Source of the DNA: an uncultured Pseudomonadota bacterium
GTDB lineage: Bacteria; Pseudomonadota; Gammaproteobacteria; Burkholderiales; Burkholderiaceae_C
Direction: 5' to 3'
Assembly (NCBI GenBank): GCA_963788265.1
Contig: CAWBGQ010000005.1
Location: forward strand, 10,344-34,343
Length of the DNA stretch: 24,000 nt
Part shown: piece by piece, positions 1 through 8,963 of the stretch
Layout: each line of letters begins with the position of its first letter
Numbering within the stretch: position 1 is the first letter of the stretch
Position numbers and translations under genes: made by a program
The notes under the pieces: generated by a model
Seen by the model: only the letters and a program-made list of their open reading frames with translations
Told to the model about the DNA's origin: nothing
Databases searched by the model: none

Positions 1-78
1 CGGCAAGCCGATGACGATGACGCCGATGACCAGCGTCAGGTGCGACAGGAAGTTGGCCAGCGGCCGGTTCTCGATCAT
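1..78 (-). CDS. ugpE: sn-glycerol-3-phosphate ABC transporter permease UgpE, first 26 codons only (gene runs off the window start)
   Basis: Reverse complement of 78..1 reads MIENRPLANFLSHLTLVIGVIVIGLP. It shares the MIENRP start with E. coli UgpE and is hydrophobic afterwards. The ATG is 13 nt downstream of the ugpA stop, on the same strand. Confidence 0.7.
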   Translation of the reverse strand, partial: MIENRPLANFLSHLTLVIGVIVIGLP

Positions 79-91
79 GCTGCCGGCCCCT

Positions 92-979
92 TCAGTAGTG
101 CACCTTGCGCTCGACGTAGCGGAACTGGATCACCGTCAGCGCGACCAGGATGGCCATCAGCACCACCGACTGTGTCGCCGACCCGCCCAGGTCCATCGCC
201 TTGAAGCCGTCGAAGTAGAGCTTGTAGACCAGGATCGAGGTGTCCTGCCCCGGGCCGCCCGAGGTGGTGGTGTCGATGATGCCGAAGGTGCCGATGAAGA
301 CGTAGATGATGTTGATCACCAGCAGGAAGAAGGTGGTCGGCGTCAGCAGCGGGAACTGCACCGTCCAGAAGCGCCGCCACGGGCCCGCGCCGTCGATGGC
401 GGCGGCTTCGATCAGGCTCTTCGGGATGCTCTGCAGCCCGGCCAGGAAGAACAGGAAGTTGTACGAGATCTGGTTCCACACCGCGGCCAGCACGACCAGC
501 ATCATGGCCTGCGTGCCATTGAGCAGGTGGTTCCATTCGATGCCGATCTGGCCCAGCGCCCAGCTGACGACACCCACCGACGGCGCGAACATGAACACCC
601 ACAGCACGCCGGCCACCGACGGCGCCACCGCGTAGGGCACGATCAACAGTGTCTGGTACCAGCGCGTGGCCTTGACCACGCGGTCGGCCATCACCGCCAG
701 CAGCAGCGACAGCACCAGGCCGAGCGCCGCCACCCAGAACGAGAACACCGCGGTGACGCGGAACGACGCGAGGTAGGACTCGTCGTTCACCAAGGCGCGG
801 AAGTTGTCCAGGCCGACGAACTCCACGCTGGTGCCGAACGCGTCCTGCTGCAGCACGCTGAAGTACAGCGCCTGCGCGGCCGGCCAGAAGAAGAACACCA
901 GGATGATGGCCATCTGCGGCGCCACCAGCGCCCAGGGCAGCCACCAACTGCGGAAGCGAACGCGCTTTTCGACCGCCAA
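92..979 (-). CDS. ugpA: sn-glycerol-3-phosphate / sugar ABC transporter permease UgpA (295 aa)
   Basis: The ORF translation has the MalF/UgpA-type layout, including the EAA loop IEAAAIDGAGPWRRFWTVQFPLL. The N-terminus (RSWWLPWALVAPQMAIILVFFFWPA) is collinear with E. coli UgpA. The start codon is TTG at 979..977; no in-frame ATG is nearby. A GAGAGA motif lies about 9 nt upstream. Confidence 0.85.
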   Translation of the reverse strand: MAVEKRVRFRSWWLPWALVAPQMAIILVFFFWPAAQALYFSVLQQDAFGTSVEFVGLDNFRALVNDESYLASFRVTAVFSFWVAALGLVLSLLLAVMADRVVKATRWYQTLLIVPYAVAPSVAGVLWVFMFAPSVGVVSWALGQIGIEWNHLLNGTQAMMLVVLAAVWNQISYNFLFFLAGLQSIPKSLIEAAAIDGAGPWRRFWTVQFPLLTPTTFFLLVINIIYVFIGTFGIIDTTTSGGPGQDTSILVYKLYFDGFKAMDLGGSATQSVVLMAILVALTVIQFRYVERKVHY

Positions 980-1000
980 GGATTCGTCTCTCTGGCTAGT

Positions 1001-1025
1001 CCCCTCCCCGCTTGGCGGGGAGGGG
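1001..1025 (-). promoter_or_regulatory. Intercistronic perfect hairpin (10-bp stem CCCCTCCCCG/CGGGGAGGGG, 5-nt loop) between ugpB and ugpA
   Basis: Read directly: 1001-1010 cccctccccg, loop cttgg, 1016-1025 cggggagggg. The function (mRNA stabiliser or attenuator) is inferred. Confidence 0.5.
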
Positions 1026-1053
1026 ACGGGGGAGGGGTGCCGTCATGTTGGCT

Positions 1054-1084
1054 GCCCCGTCGGCGCCGCAGGCGCCGACGGGGC
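1054..1084 (-). promoter_or_regulatory. Intercistronic perfect hairpin (14-bp stem GCCCCGTCGGCGCC/GGCGCCGACGGGGC, 3-nt loop), 12 nt downstream of the ugpB stop
   Basis: Read directly: 1054-1067 and 1071-1084 are exact reverse complements. No U-tract follows on the transcribed (minus) strand, so it looks REP-like or a processing barrier rather than a classical terminator. Confidence 0.5.
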
Positions 1085-1095
1085 GAATAGGGGCC

Positions 1096-2409
1096 TCAGC
1101 CCTTGTTCGCCTTCTCGAACTTCTCGAGTTCGGCGTCGCCGCGCTTCTTCGCGTCTGCGAGTGCCTGCTGCGCGCTCTTCTTGCCCGACCAGATCTGCTC
1201 CATTTCCTCGTCGAGGATGGTGCGGATCTGCACGAAGTTGCCGAGCCGGATGCCGCGCGACTTGTCGGTCGTCTTGCGGATCATCTGCGTGACGCTGACG
1301 TCGGTGCCCGGGTTCTGCTTGTAGAAGCCGCTCTTCTCGGTGATCTCGAAGGCCTTCATGGTGATAGGCAGGTAGCCGGTCTGCTGGTGGCTCTTGGCCT
1401 GCACCTCGGGGTCGGACAGGTACTTGTAGAACAGCGCGACGCCCTTGTATTCAGCCGGCTTCTTGCCGCTCATGGCCCACAGGCTGGCTCCGCCGATCAC
1501 GGTGTTCTGCGGCGTGCCCGGCACGTCCGGGTAGTACGGCAGCGTGCTGATGCCGGCTTCGGCCTTCAGGTTGCGCTTGATGCCGCCGTAGGACGCCGAC
1601 GAGCCGGTGTACATAGCGCATTCGCCCGACTGGAACACCGCATCGGCGGCGCCGCTGCGGCCCTTGTAGACGAACAGGCCCTGCTGCGCCATGTTGGCCA
1701 GGTTCTCGATATGGCGCACGTGCAGCGGCGTGGTGATGTTCAGCCGCGTGTCCAGCCCATTGAAGCCGTTGCGCTTGGTCGCGAACTCGGTGTTGTGCCA
1801 GGCCGAGAAGCTCTCCAGCTGCGTCCAGCTCTGCCAGCTGGTCGTGAACGGGCACTTGTGGCCGCTGATCTTCAGCTTGGCTGCGACCAGGGCCACCTCG
1901 GGCCAGGTGGTCGGCGGCTTGTTGGGGTCGAGCCCGGCGGCCTTGAAGGCGTCCTTGTTGTAGTGCAGCACCGTGGTCGAGCTGTTGAAGGGCAGGCTCA
2001 GCATCTGGCCGTTCGGCGCGGTGTAGTAGCCCGCCACCGCCGGTATGTAGACGCTGGGGTCGAAGGCGACGCCGCCCAGCTTCATGACCTCGTTCACGGG
2101 CACGATCGCACCCTTGCTGGCCATCATCGTCGCGGTGCCCACTTCGAACACCTGCAGGATGTGCGGGGCGTTGCCGGCGCGGAAGGCGGCGATCGCCGCG
2201 GCGAAGCTTTCCGGATAGCTGCCCTTGAACACCGGCGTGACCTTGTAGTCCTTCTGGCTGTCGTTGAAACCCTTCGCCAGGCCGTTGACCCATTCGCCGA
2301 GTTGCCCTCCCATCGAGTGCCACCAGATGATCTCGGTCTGGGCCTGCGCCGGCAGTGCAAAAAACACCGCTGACGCAGAAGCGGCCAGCGCGAGGGATTT
2401 CAGTTTCAT
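1096..2409 (-). CDS. ugpB: sn-glycerol-3-phosphate-binding periplasmic protein UgpB (437 aa)
   Basis: Signal peptide MKLKSLALAASASAVFFALPAQA. Long collinear similarity to E. coli UgpB (WHSMGG..LG, FRAGNAPHILQVFEVGTATMMASKGAI, SLPFNSSTTVLHYNKDAFKAAGLDP, HQQTGYLPIT). GGAGAAGAC precedes the ATG. Confidence 0.92.
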   Translation of the reverse strand: MKLKSLALAASASAVFFALPAQAQTEIIWWHSMGGQLGEWVNGLAKGFNDSQKDYKVTPVFKGSYPESFAAAIAAFRAGNAPHILQVFEVGTATMMASKGAIVPVNEVMKLGGVAFDPSVYIPAVAGYYTAPNGQMLSLPFNSSTTVLHYNKDAFKAAGLDPNKPPTTWPEVALVAAKLKISGHKCPFTTSWQSWTQLESFSAWHNTEFATKRNGFNGLDTRLNITTPLHVRHIENLANMAQQGLFVYKGRSGAADAVFQSGECAMYTGSSASYGGIKRNLKAEAGISTLPYYPDVPGTPQNTVIGGASLWAMSGKKPAEYKGVALFYKYLSDPEVQAKSHQQTGYLPITMKAFEITEKSGFYKQNPGTDVSVTQMIRKTTDKSRGIRLGNFVQIRTILDEEMEQIWSGKKSAQQALADAKKRGDAELEKFEKANKG

Positions 2410-2619
2410 GTCTTCTCCATGACGTAAACAAGTGCAAACCGGGCAATGTGCCCGGGTTTTGTGACAGTCGCGTTTCTTTCACAGAACCGCGGTGCGCGGC
2501 AACGGGGATAACCCGCCGCATCGGCCGGCATGTACCCGGGGCAATGCTGCGCTGCGATAATCGAATGCCTCTTTGCTTGCGCTGGCGCAACATCCCAACC
2601 CGTTGCCGCCGAGTACCCC

Positions 2620-5600
2620 ATGAATGCACCGCTTCCGATCGAGCCAGCCCTGGCGCACGCCGCCGCCGGCGCGGAAGCGGCAGGCGACGCGCCCAGGCTG
2701 CGCGAGATCCCCTACAACTACACCTCCTTCTCCGACCGGGAGATCGTGCTACGCCTGCTGGGCGTGCGCGCCTGGGAACTGCTGAACCTGCTGCGCCAGG
2801 AGCGGCGCACGGGCCGTTCGGCCCGAATGCTGTACGAGGTGCTCGGTGACATCTGGGTGGTGCAGCGCAACCCCTATCTCGAAGACGACCTGCTCGACAA
2901 CCCGAAGCGCCGACAGCTGCTGATCGATGCTTTGCACCACCGCCTGAACGAGGTCGAGCGCCGCCGCACCCCGGACACCGACCGCGAACGCGATGCGCTG
3001 GTGGCCGAACTGCTGGCCTCGGCCCGCGAGGCGGTGGAGGGCTTCGCAGCGCACTTCCGCCTGGTATGGGATCTGCGCAAGGCCGCACGCCGGGTGCTCG
3101 GGCGCGTGACGGCCAAGGACAACCTCAAGTTCGACGGGCTTTCGCGGGTCTCGCATGTCACGGACGCCACCGACTGGCGCGTGGAATATCCCTTCGTCGT
3201 GCTCACGCCTGACAGCGAGGCCGAGATGGCCGGCCTGGTGCAGGGCTGCATCGAGCTCGGGCTGACGATCATCCCGCGTGGCGGCGGAACCGGCTACACC
3301 GGCAGCGCGGTGCCGCTGACCTGGAAGAGCGCGGTCATCAACACCGAAAAGCTCGAGGCCATGAGCGAGGTGGAATGGCTGCGTCTGCCGGGCCTGGACC
3401 ATGACGTGCCGACCCTCCGTACCGAAGCCGGCGTGGTGACGCAGCGCGTGGCGGATGCGGCCGAGTGCGCCGGCCACGTGTTTGCCGTCGACCCCACCTC
3501 GGCCGAGGCCAGCTGCATCGGCGGCAACATCGCGATGAACGCCGGCGGCAAGAAGGCGGTGCTGTGGGGCACGGCGCTGGACAACCTGGCCAGCTGGCGC
3601 ATGGTCACGCCCGATGCCAAGTGGCTGGAAGTGACGCGGTTGAATCACAACCTGGGCAAGATCCACGACGCGCCTGTGGCCAGCTTCGAGCTGAAGTACT
3701 TCGACGCGAGTGGCAGCAAGCTGGAACGCACCGAGCGGCTGGACATCCCCGGTCCCACCTTTCGCAAGGACGGCCTGGGCAAGGACGTCACCGACAAGTT
3801 CCTCGCCGGGTTGCCCGGCGTCCAGAAGGAAGGTTGCGACGGACTGATCACCAGCGCGCGCTGGGTGCTGCACCGCATGCCGGCGCATGTGCGCACGGTG
3901 TGCCTGGAATTCTTCGGCAACCCGAAGGACGCGGTGCCCAGCATCGTCGAGATCAAGGACTACCTGTTCGCGCAAGCGGCGCAGGGCGGTGCCATCCTGG
4001 CCGGGCTGGAACACATGGATGACCGCTACCTGAAGGCGGTGGGCTATGCCACCAAGAGCAAGCGCGGCGGCTTGCCGAAGATGGCGCTGTTCGGCGACAT
4101 CGTCGGCGACGATCCGGATGCGGTTGCCCGTGCCACCAGCGAGGTGGTGCGCATCGCCAACTTGCGTGGCGGCGAGGGTTTCATAGCCATCAGCGCCGAG
4201 GCGCGCAAGAAATTCTGGCTCGATCGCAAGCGCACCGCGGCGATCGCCCGCCACACCAACGCCTTCAAGGTGAACGAGGACGTGGTGATTCCGCTGCCGC
4301 GCATGGGCGAGTACACCGAAGGCATCGAGCGGCTGAACATCGAGCTCAGTCTGCGCAACAAGATCGAACTGGTCGAAGCGCTGGAGGCCTTCTTCACCCA
4401 GGGGGCGTTGCCGCTGGGCAAGGCCGACGACGCGGCGGGCCTGGCCAGTGCCGAACTGTTGGAAGACCGCGTGCAGCAGGTGCTGGCGCTGCTGTCCGAG
4501 GTGCGCGAGCTGTGGTTGTTCTGGCTGGCGCAGCTGGATGTGGTGCAGCCTGACAGCGGTCGTACGCTCTTCGCGCAGTTGCAGGACCACACGCTGCGCG
4601 CGTCGTGGAAGACCCAGATCCTGGCGCCGCTGCAAGCGATCTTCTCCGGCGCACCCTTCGCGCCCATCGTGCAGGAATGCCGGCGCATCCACCAGCAAGT
4701 GCTGCGCGGGCGCGTGTGGGTGGCGCTGCACATGCATGCCGGCGACGGCAACGTGCACACCAACATCCCCGTCAACAGCGACAACTACGCGATGTTGCAG
4801 ACGGCGCACGAGATCGTCGCGCGCATCATGGCGCTGGCGCGACGGCTGGACGGGGTGATCAGCGGTGAGCACGGCATCGGCATCACCAAGCTCGAGTTTC
4901 TCAGCGATGCCGAGCTGCAGCCCTTTGCCGACTACAAGGCACTCATCGACCCGGACGGCCGCTTCAACAAGGGCAAATTGCTTCGTCATCGCCACGCGGA
5001 CAGCCGCTCGGCCGATCTGAGCGCGGCCTACACACCCAGCTTCGGGCTGATGGGCCACGAGTCGCTGATCATGCAGCAGAGCGACATCGGTGCCATCAGC
5101 GACAGCATCAAGGATTGCCTGCGCTGCGGCAAGTGCAAGCCGGTATGCGCCACGCACGTGCCGCGCGCCAACTTGCTGTACAGCCCACGGAACAAGATCC
5201 TGGCCACCTCGCTGCTGATCGAGGCCTTCTTGTACGAGGAGCAGACGCGTCGCGGCGTCAGCCTGCAGCACTGGGAAGACTTCGAGGACGTGGCCGACCA
5301 CTGCACCGTGTGCCACAAATGCGAGTCGCCGTGCCCGGTGAAGATCGATTTCGGCGACGTGACGATGAACATGCGCAACCTGCTGCGCAAGATGGGCCGC
5401 AAGAGCTTCCGCCCGGGCAACGCGGCGGCGATGCTGTTCCTGAATGCCACCGACCCGCGGATCATCAAGACGATGCGCGCCGGCATGGTCGGCGTGGGCT
5501 TCAAGGTGCAGCGCATCGCCTACGACCTGTTCAAGCGCCTGGCGCGCAAGCAGACGGCGGCGCCGCCGGCCACGCTGGGCGCGGCGCCGGTGAAGGAGCA

Positions 5601-6528
5601 GGTGATCCACTTCATCAACAAGAAGATGCCGGGGGGCCTGCCCAAGAAGACGGCGCGCGCGTTGCTGGACATCGAGGACAGGGACTACGTGCCTATCATC
5701 CGCAACCCGGCGGCCACCACGACCGAGACCGAGGCGGTGTTCTACTTTCCGGGCTGCGGCTCGGAGCGGTTGTTCAGCCAGGTGGGGCTGGCGACGCAGG
5801 CCATGCTTTGGCATGCCGGCGTGCAGACCGTGCTGCCGCCGGGCTACCTGTGCTGCGGGTACCCGCAGCGTGGGTCGGGGCAGTTCGACAAGGCCGAGCG
5901 CATGATCACCGACAACCGGGTGCTGTTCCACCGCGTGGCCAACACGCTGAACTACCTGGACATCAAGACCGTGGTGGTCAGCTGCGGCACCTGCTACGAC
6001 CAACTGCAGGGCTACAAGTTCGAGGACATCTTCCCCGGCTGCCGCATCATCGACATCCACGAGTACCTGCTGGAAAAGGGCGTCAAGCTCGACGACGGCG
6101 GCGGCTACCTGTACCACGACCCCTGCCACAGCCCGATGAAGCTGCAGGAGCCGCTGAAGACCGTCAAGGCACTGGTCGGTGGCGATGTGCTGCAAAGCAA
6201 GCGCTGCTGTGGTGAAAGCGGCACGCTCGGCGTCACGCGTCCCGACATCTCCACCCAGGTACGTTTCCGCAAGGAAGAGGAACTTCGCAAGGACGAGGCG
6301 GCGCTGCGCGCCACCGGCAGCGTGGGCGACAGCGGTCCGCTGAAGATCCTGACCTCCTGCCCCAGCTGCCTACAGGGACTGAGCCGCTACGGTGACGACC
6401 TGAACAATGGATTGCTCGAGGCCGACTACATCGTCGTGGAAATGGCGCGGCGCATCCTGGGCGAGGACTGGCTGCCGCAGTACGTGCAGCGTGCCAACGA
6501 AGGCGGCATCGAGCGGGTGCTGGTCTAA
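2620..6528 (+). CDS. Large DUF3683-type fusion oxidoreductase: N-terminal DUF3683 region, FAD-binding GlcD/YdiJ-like dehydrogenase, 2x[4Fe-4S] ferredoxin motifs and two CCG (GlcF/LutA-like) domains (~1302 aa)
   Basis: N-terminal [16 protein letters not shown] motif. FAD-binding [15 protein letters not shown] and GEHGIGITK motifs. Cys clusters [11 protein letters not shown] and [15 protein letters not shown]-type motifs [15 protein letters not shown] and SCPSCLQG. Start chosen at ATG 2620 (MNAPLPIEP...) rather than the ORF-track ATG at 2530, whose 30 extra residues are Cys/Ala-rich and look non-coding. The start is uncertain. Confidence 0.85.
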   Translation: MNAPLPIEPALAHAAAGAEAAGDAPRLREIPYNYTSFSDREIVLRLLGVRAWELLNLLRQERRTGRSARMLYEVLGDIWVVQRNPYLEDDLLDNPKRRQLLIDALHHRLNEVERRRTPDTDRERDALVAELLASAREAVEGFAAHFRLVWDLRKAARRVLGRVTAKDNLKFDGLSRVSHVTDATDWRVEYPFVVLTPDSEAEMAGLVQGCIELGLTIIPRGGGTGYTGSAVPLTWKSAVINTEKLEAMSEVEWLRLPGLDHDVPTLRTEAGVVTQRVADAAECAGHVFAVDPTSAEASCIGGNIAMNAGGKKAVLWGTALDNLASWRMVTPDAKWLEVTRLNHNLGKIHDAPVASFELKYFDASGSKLERTERLDIPGPTFRKDGLGKDVTDKFLAGLPGVQKEGCDGLITSARWVLHRMPAHVRTVCLEFFGNPKDAVPSIVEIKDYLFAQAAQGGAILAGLEHMDDRYLKAVGYATKSKRGGLPKMALFGDIVGDDPDAVARATSEVVRIANLRGGEGFIAISAEARKKFWLDRKRTAAIARHTNAFKVNEDVVIPLPRMGEYTEGIERLNIELSLRNKIELVEALEAFFTQGALPLGKADDAAGLASAELLEDRVQQVLALLSEVRELWLFWLAQLDVVQPDSGRTLFAQLQDHTLRASWKTQILAPLQAIFSGAPFAPIVQECRRIHQQVLRGRVWVALHMHAGDGNVHTNIPVNSDNYAMLQTAHEIVARIMALARRLDGVISGEHGIGITKLEFLSDAELQPFADYKALIDPDGRFNKGKLLRHRHADSRSADLSAAYTPSFGLMGHESLIMQQSDIGAISDSIKDCLRCGKCKPVCATHVPRANLLYSPRNKILATSLLIEAFLYEEQTRRGVSLQHWEDFEDVADHCTVCHKCESPCPVKIDFGDVTMNMRNLLRKMGRKSFRPGNAAAMLFLNATDPRIIKTMRAGMVGVGFKVQRIAYDLFKRLARKQTAAPPATLGAAPVKEQVIHFINKKMPGGLPKKTARALLDIEDRDYVPIIRNPAATTTETEAVFYFPGCGSERLFSQVGLATQAMLWHAGVQTVLPPGYLCCGYPQRGSGQFDKAERMITDNRVLFHRVANTLNYLDIKTVVVSCGTCYDQLQGYKFEDIFPGCRIIDIHEYLLEKGVKLDDGGGYLYHDPCHSPMKLQEPLKTVKALVGGDVLQSKRCCGESGTLGVTRPDISTQVRFRKEEELRKDEAALRATGSVGDSGPLKILTSCPSCLQGLSRYGDDLNNGLLEADYIVVEMARRILGEDWLPQYVQRANEGGIERVLV
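6525..6528. repeat. Left copy of 4-bp target-site duplication CTAA (overlaps the TAA stop of the oxidoreductase gene)
   Basis: ctaa immediately precedes IRL. An identical ctaa immediately follows IRR at 9569..9572. Confidence 0.85.
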
Positions 6529-6546
6529 GGCAACGCTGAACAAGTA
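6529..6546 (+). repeat. IS5-family left terminal inverted repeat (IRL)
   Basis: ggcaacgctgaacaagta is the exact reverse complement of 9551..9568. Confidence 0.9.
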
Positions 6547-6578
6547 CACCGAACAACACGTCGATGCGTTGTAGCGCG

Positions 6579-7113
6579 ATGAAGCAACAGACCCTGGCCA
6601 TGGCGGCCGATCAAGGCGGCGGATTCGAGCGCTACCGCCGAGCCACCAAGCGCGATGTGTTCCTTGCCACGATGAACGAGATCGTGCCGTGGAGCGAACT
6701 GTGCGAGCTGATCGAGCCGCACTACCCCAAGCCGGGCAACGGGCGCCCGCCCGTGGGACTGCAGCGCATGCTGCGCATGTACTTCGTGCAGCACTGGTTC
6801 AACCTGGCTGACGAGGCCTGCGAAGAAGCGCTGCTGGACAGCACCGCGCTGCGCCGCTTCGTGGGCATCGACCTGGGACGCGAGCGCGTGCCCGACGGCA
6901 CCACGCTGCTGAAGTTTCGGCGCTTGTTGGAGGACAACGACCTGGGCGAACAACTGTTCGCCACCGTCGGCCAGCTCCTGCAGGCCCGGGGCCTGAAGGT
7001 GGGCACCGGCACCATCGTGGATGCCACCATCATCGGCGCGCCCAGCTCGACGAAGAACGCGGACAAGCAACGCGATCCCGAGATGCACCAGACGCGCAAG
7101 GGTCAGCAGTGGT
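6579..7113 (+). CDS. IS5-family DDE transposase, 5' exon (about 178 codons), interrupted by a group II intron
   Basis: MKQQTLAMAADQGGGFERYRRATKRDVFLATMNEIVPWSELCELIEPHYPKPGNGRPP...[33 protein letters not shown] is collinear with E. coli IS5 transposase (..[44 protein letters not shown]). Similarity stops abruptly after QQW at 7112. The exon end is uncertain by +/-1 nt. The start could be ATG 6564 or ATG 6579. Confidence 0.88.
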
Positions 7114-7349
7114 GTGTGTCACGAACACAGGCGGCAGACCTGTGGTGCTGTACTGAAGATGGGAGTTGGCCTCCCGAAGCCGGCTTGCAGGAGCAGGCCT
7201 CAAACCACCCGGTGCTGCTGCGTTCAAAAGGCGCGGTGGTGAGCGACCGGGCGAAAGTCATCCCATCAGGGGTGGCCGGTACGTGTTGAGAAGATGAGCG
7301 AAAGCAAACCGTCCGACGACGCATCGTTAGGCCCAAAGCGCTGTCGAAA

Positions 7350-7372
7350 CTGAGGTGGACCATTGGCCTCAG
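7350..7372 (+). ncRNA. Candidate intron domain I hairpin carrying EBS1 (loop UGGACCAUUGG)
   Basis: Stem CTGAGG (7350-7355) pairs with CCTCAG (7367-7372). Loop ACCAUUG (7359-7365) can pair antiparallel with the last 7 nt of the 5' exon, CAGUGGU (7107-7113): 7 contiguous pairs including one G-U. Confidence 0.4.
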
Positions 7373-7632
7373 GACGAATCGGGGCGTTACCTGCTTACGG
7401 ACCCGATGGCAGCCGGTGTATAGGCGGCATGATCTCAATACAGGCTTCGGTACGGAACGTGAGCACCTCTCTCCAGATGCGAAGGGAAATGACAAGTGGC
7501 CAACACCACGAGGAAGAATACCGATGCTGGGGCGAGGGGCGGAGCCTCCCGTAGTAGCGACGAGGCCTCTGTAATGGGGGTGGAGCGAAGGGGCGGCGTT
7601 ATCCTGCCGACGAAGGTCGCCAACCTCCGGGG

Positions 7633-8886
7633 ATGAGCGGCGTGAACTCGGCGAAGCCTTACGGCATAGCGAAGCGCACGGTATGGGAGGCATACCAGCA
7701 GGTCAAGGCCAACCGCGGTGCTGCCGGCGTCGACGATGAGACCATCGCCGACTTCGAGCAGGACCTGTCGAAGAATCTGTACAAGCTGTGGAACCGGATG
7801 TCGTCGGGGTCGTACTTCCCGCCGCCGGTCAAGCAGGTGGAGATTCCCAAGGCATCGGGTGGCACGCGCAAGCTGGGCGTGCCCACGGTCTCCGACCGTG
7901 TAGCGCAAACCGTCGTCAAGCTTCTCATCGAACCAGAGTTGGACCCGATCTTCCATCCGGACTCCTATGGGTACCGGCCCGGACGGTCGGCGAAGCAAGC
8001 CGTAGCGATCACTCGTGAGCGCTGCTGGCGATATGACTGGGTGGTGGAGTTTGATATCAAGGCGGCCTTCGATCAGATCGATCACGGGCTGCTGATGAAG
8101 GCGGTGCGCACCCACATCAAGCAAGACTGGATTCTTCTGTACATCGAGCGGTGGCTGGTCGCGCCGTTTGAAGCGGAGGGCGGCGTCCGCGTTCCACGCG
8201 AACGAGGCACCCCGCAGGGCGGAGTGGTCAGTCCCATCCTGATGAACCTGTTCATGCACTATGCCTTCGACACATGGATGCAGCGCACCAGTCCGAACTG
8301 TCCGTTCGCCCGATACGCCGATGACGCGGTGGTTCATTGCCGCAGTCGGAAGCAAGCGGAGTACGTGATGCGCTCGATCGCGTCACGGTTGGCGGATTGC
8401 GGGCTGACGATGCATCCTGACAAGTCGAAGGTCGTGTACTGCAAGGACAGCAATCGCACCGAACAGCATCCGCATGTGAGCTTCACCTTCCTGGGATTCA
8501 CGTTCCGGCCGAGGAGAGCTCGCAGCAAGCAAGACCAGCACTTCACGAGCTTCCTGCCGGGGGCCAGTGATGATGCCTTGCGGCGGATGCGCCAGGCGGT
8601 GCGCCGCTGGCGACTCAGTCGCCAGACCCACGTGACGCTGGCCGACGTGGCTCGGCTCTACAACCCGGTGATACAGGGGTGGTGGCAATACTATGGCGCG
8701 TACTACCGGACCGCCATGCTCGGCCTCTTCCAGCACATCGATCGAGCGCTCGAACGTTGGGCCCGACGAAAGTACAAGGCGCTTCACCGCCGCAAGCGGG
8801 CCAGCGCCGGATGGCTGGACAAGATGCAGGCATCTGCACCACTGCTGTTCCATCACTGGCGCGTGGCCGGCCCGCAGGTTGGATGA
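7633..8886 (+). CDS. Group II intron-encoded reverse transcriptase/maturase (417 aa), no endonuclease domain
   Basis: RT motifs GGTRKLGVPTVSDRVAQ, RGTPQGGVVSPILMNLFM and ARYADDAVVHC (YADD). Maturase/X-domain signature LYNPVIQGWWQYYG. The C-terminus ends LLFHHWRVAGP with no HNH/En motifs. Intron RNA domains lie on both sides. Confidence 0.93.
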   Translation: MSGVNSAKPYGIAKRTVWEAYQQVKANRGAAGVDDETIADFEQDLSKNLYKLWNRMSSGSYFPPPVKQVEIPKASGGTRKLGVPTVSDRVAQTVVKLLIEPELDPIFHPDSYGYRPGRSAKQAVAITRERCWRYDWVVEFDIKAAFDQIDHGLLMKAVRTHIKQDWILLYIERWLVAPFEAEGGVRVPRERGTPQGGVVSPILMNLFMHYAFDTWMQRTSPNCPFARYADDAVVHCRSRKQAEYVMRSIASRLADCGLTMHPDKSKVVYCKDSNRTEQHPHVSFTFLGFTFRPRRARSKQDQHFTSFLPGASDDALRRMRQAVRRWRLSRQTHVTLADVARLYNPVIQGWWQYYGAYYRTAMLGLFQHIDRALERWARRKYKALHRRKRASAGWLDKMQASAPLLFHHWRVAGPQVG

Positions 8887-8889
8887 CGG

Positions 8890-8923
8890 GAGCCGTATGA
8901 CGCGCGAGTGTCACGTACGGTTC
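8890..8923 (+). ncRNA. Group II intron domain V (34 nt catalytic hairpin)
   Basis: GAGCCGUAUGACGCGCGAGUGUCACGUACGGUUC. The lower helix GAGCCGUAU/GUACGGUUC contains the AGC triad. There is a 2-nt AC bulge. The upper helix GACGC/GUGUC is closed by the GNRA tetraloop GCGA. Confidence 0.9.
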
Positions 8924-8926
8924 TGC

Positions 8927-8960
8927 GAGCGGCTGCGGGGGAAGTTCCTGCGGCCGACTC
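8927..8960 (+). ncRNA. Group II intron domain VI with bulged branch-point adenosine (A8957)
   Basis: GAG (8927-8929) pairs with CUC (8958-8960). CGGCUGCGGG (8930-8939) pairs with CCUGCGGCCG (8947-8956), including G-U wobbles. A8957 is left unpaired, 6-7 nt from the 3' splice site. Confidence 0.75.
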
Positions 8961-8963
8961 ACC

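Larger units (their letters stand above)
7114..8963 (+). mobile_element. Group II intron (about 1850 nt), sense orientation inside the IS5 transposase gene; boundaries +/-1 nt (alternative 7113..8962)
   Basis: The 5' end is GUGUGUCACG (GUGYG-like). An RT/maturase ORF sits at the domain IV position. Canonical domain V is at 8890..8923. Domain VI has a bulged A at 8957. Transposase homology resumes immediately 3' of the intron (HFGMKLHIGVD). Confidence 0.9.

Noticed and set aside
2459-2486. Pho box upstream of ugpB (the ugp operon is PhoB-regulated in E. coli)
   Set aside because: The two CTGT(C/G)A-like repeats on the minus strand are 17 nt apart, not the 11-nt periodicity of PhoB sites, so I cannot support the call.
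2530-2619. Upstream ATG at 2530 as the start of the oxidoreductase; similarly 20420 for galE, 21845 for manC, 16814 for aspS, 20173 for ubiB, 20391 for ubiJ and 10859 for the PPIase
   Set aside because: The added N-terminal residues are Cys/Arg/Pro-rich and non-homologous. Internal starts give the conserved N-termini (Rossmann GxxGxxG, signal peptide and so on), usually with a Shine-Dalgarno-like motif. The 2620 choice remains the least certain.
2749-6195. 1148-aa ORF on the minus strand opposite the large oxidoreductase gene
   Set aside because: High-GC antisense shadow. The translation is extremely Arg/Ala/Gly/His-rich with no recognisable motifs, while the plus-strand frame has dense, collinear homology signals.
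7113-7289. Continuation of ORF 6564..7289 past QQW (CVSRTQAADLWCCTEDGSWPPEAG...) as a variant transposase C-terminus
   Set aside because: Homology to IS5 transposases stops at 7112. The continuation is intron domain I RNA read through by chance. The real C-terminal half is at 8964..9403.
7633-8886. The reverse transcriptase as a possible retron, DRT, Abi-type defence RT or other novel RT system
   Set aside because: The ORF lies inside a complete group II intron RNA scaffold: a GUGUG-like 5' end, canonical domain V with AGC triad and GNRA loop, and domain VI with a bulged A. It has a maturase X-domain signature. The flanks are the two halves of one transposase gene. Nothing is left over that would need a defence-system explanation.
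8693-8962. N-terminal 90 codons of ORF 8693..9403
   Set aside because: This stretch overlaps the 3' end of the RT ORF and runs through intron domains V and VI. Transposase similarity begins only at HFGMKLH (8963), so it is not a separate gene start.
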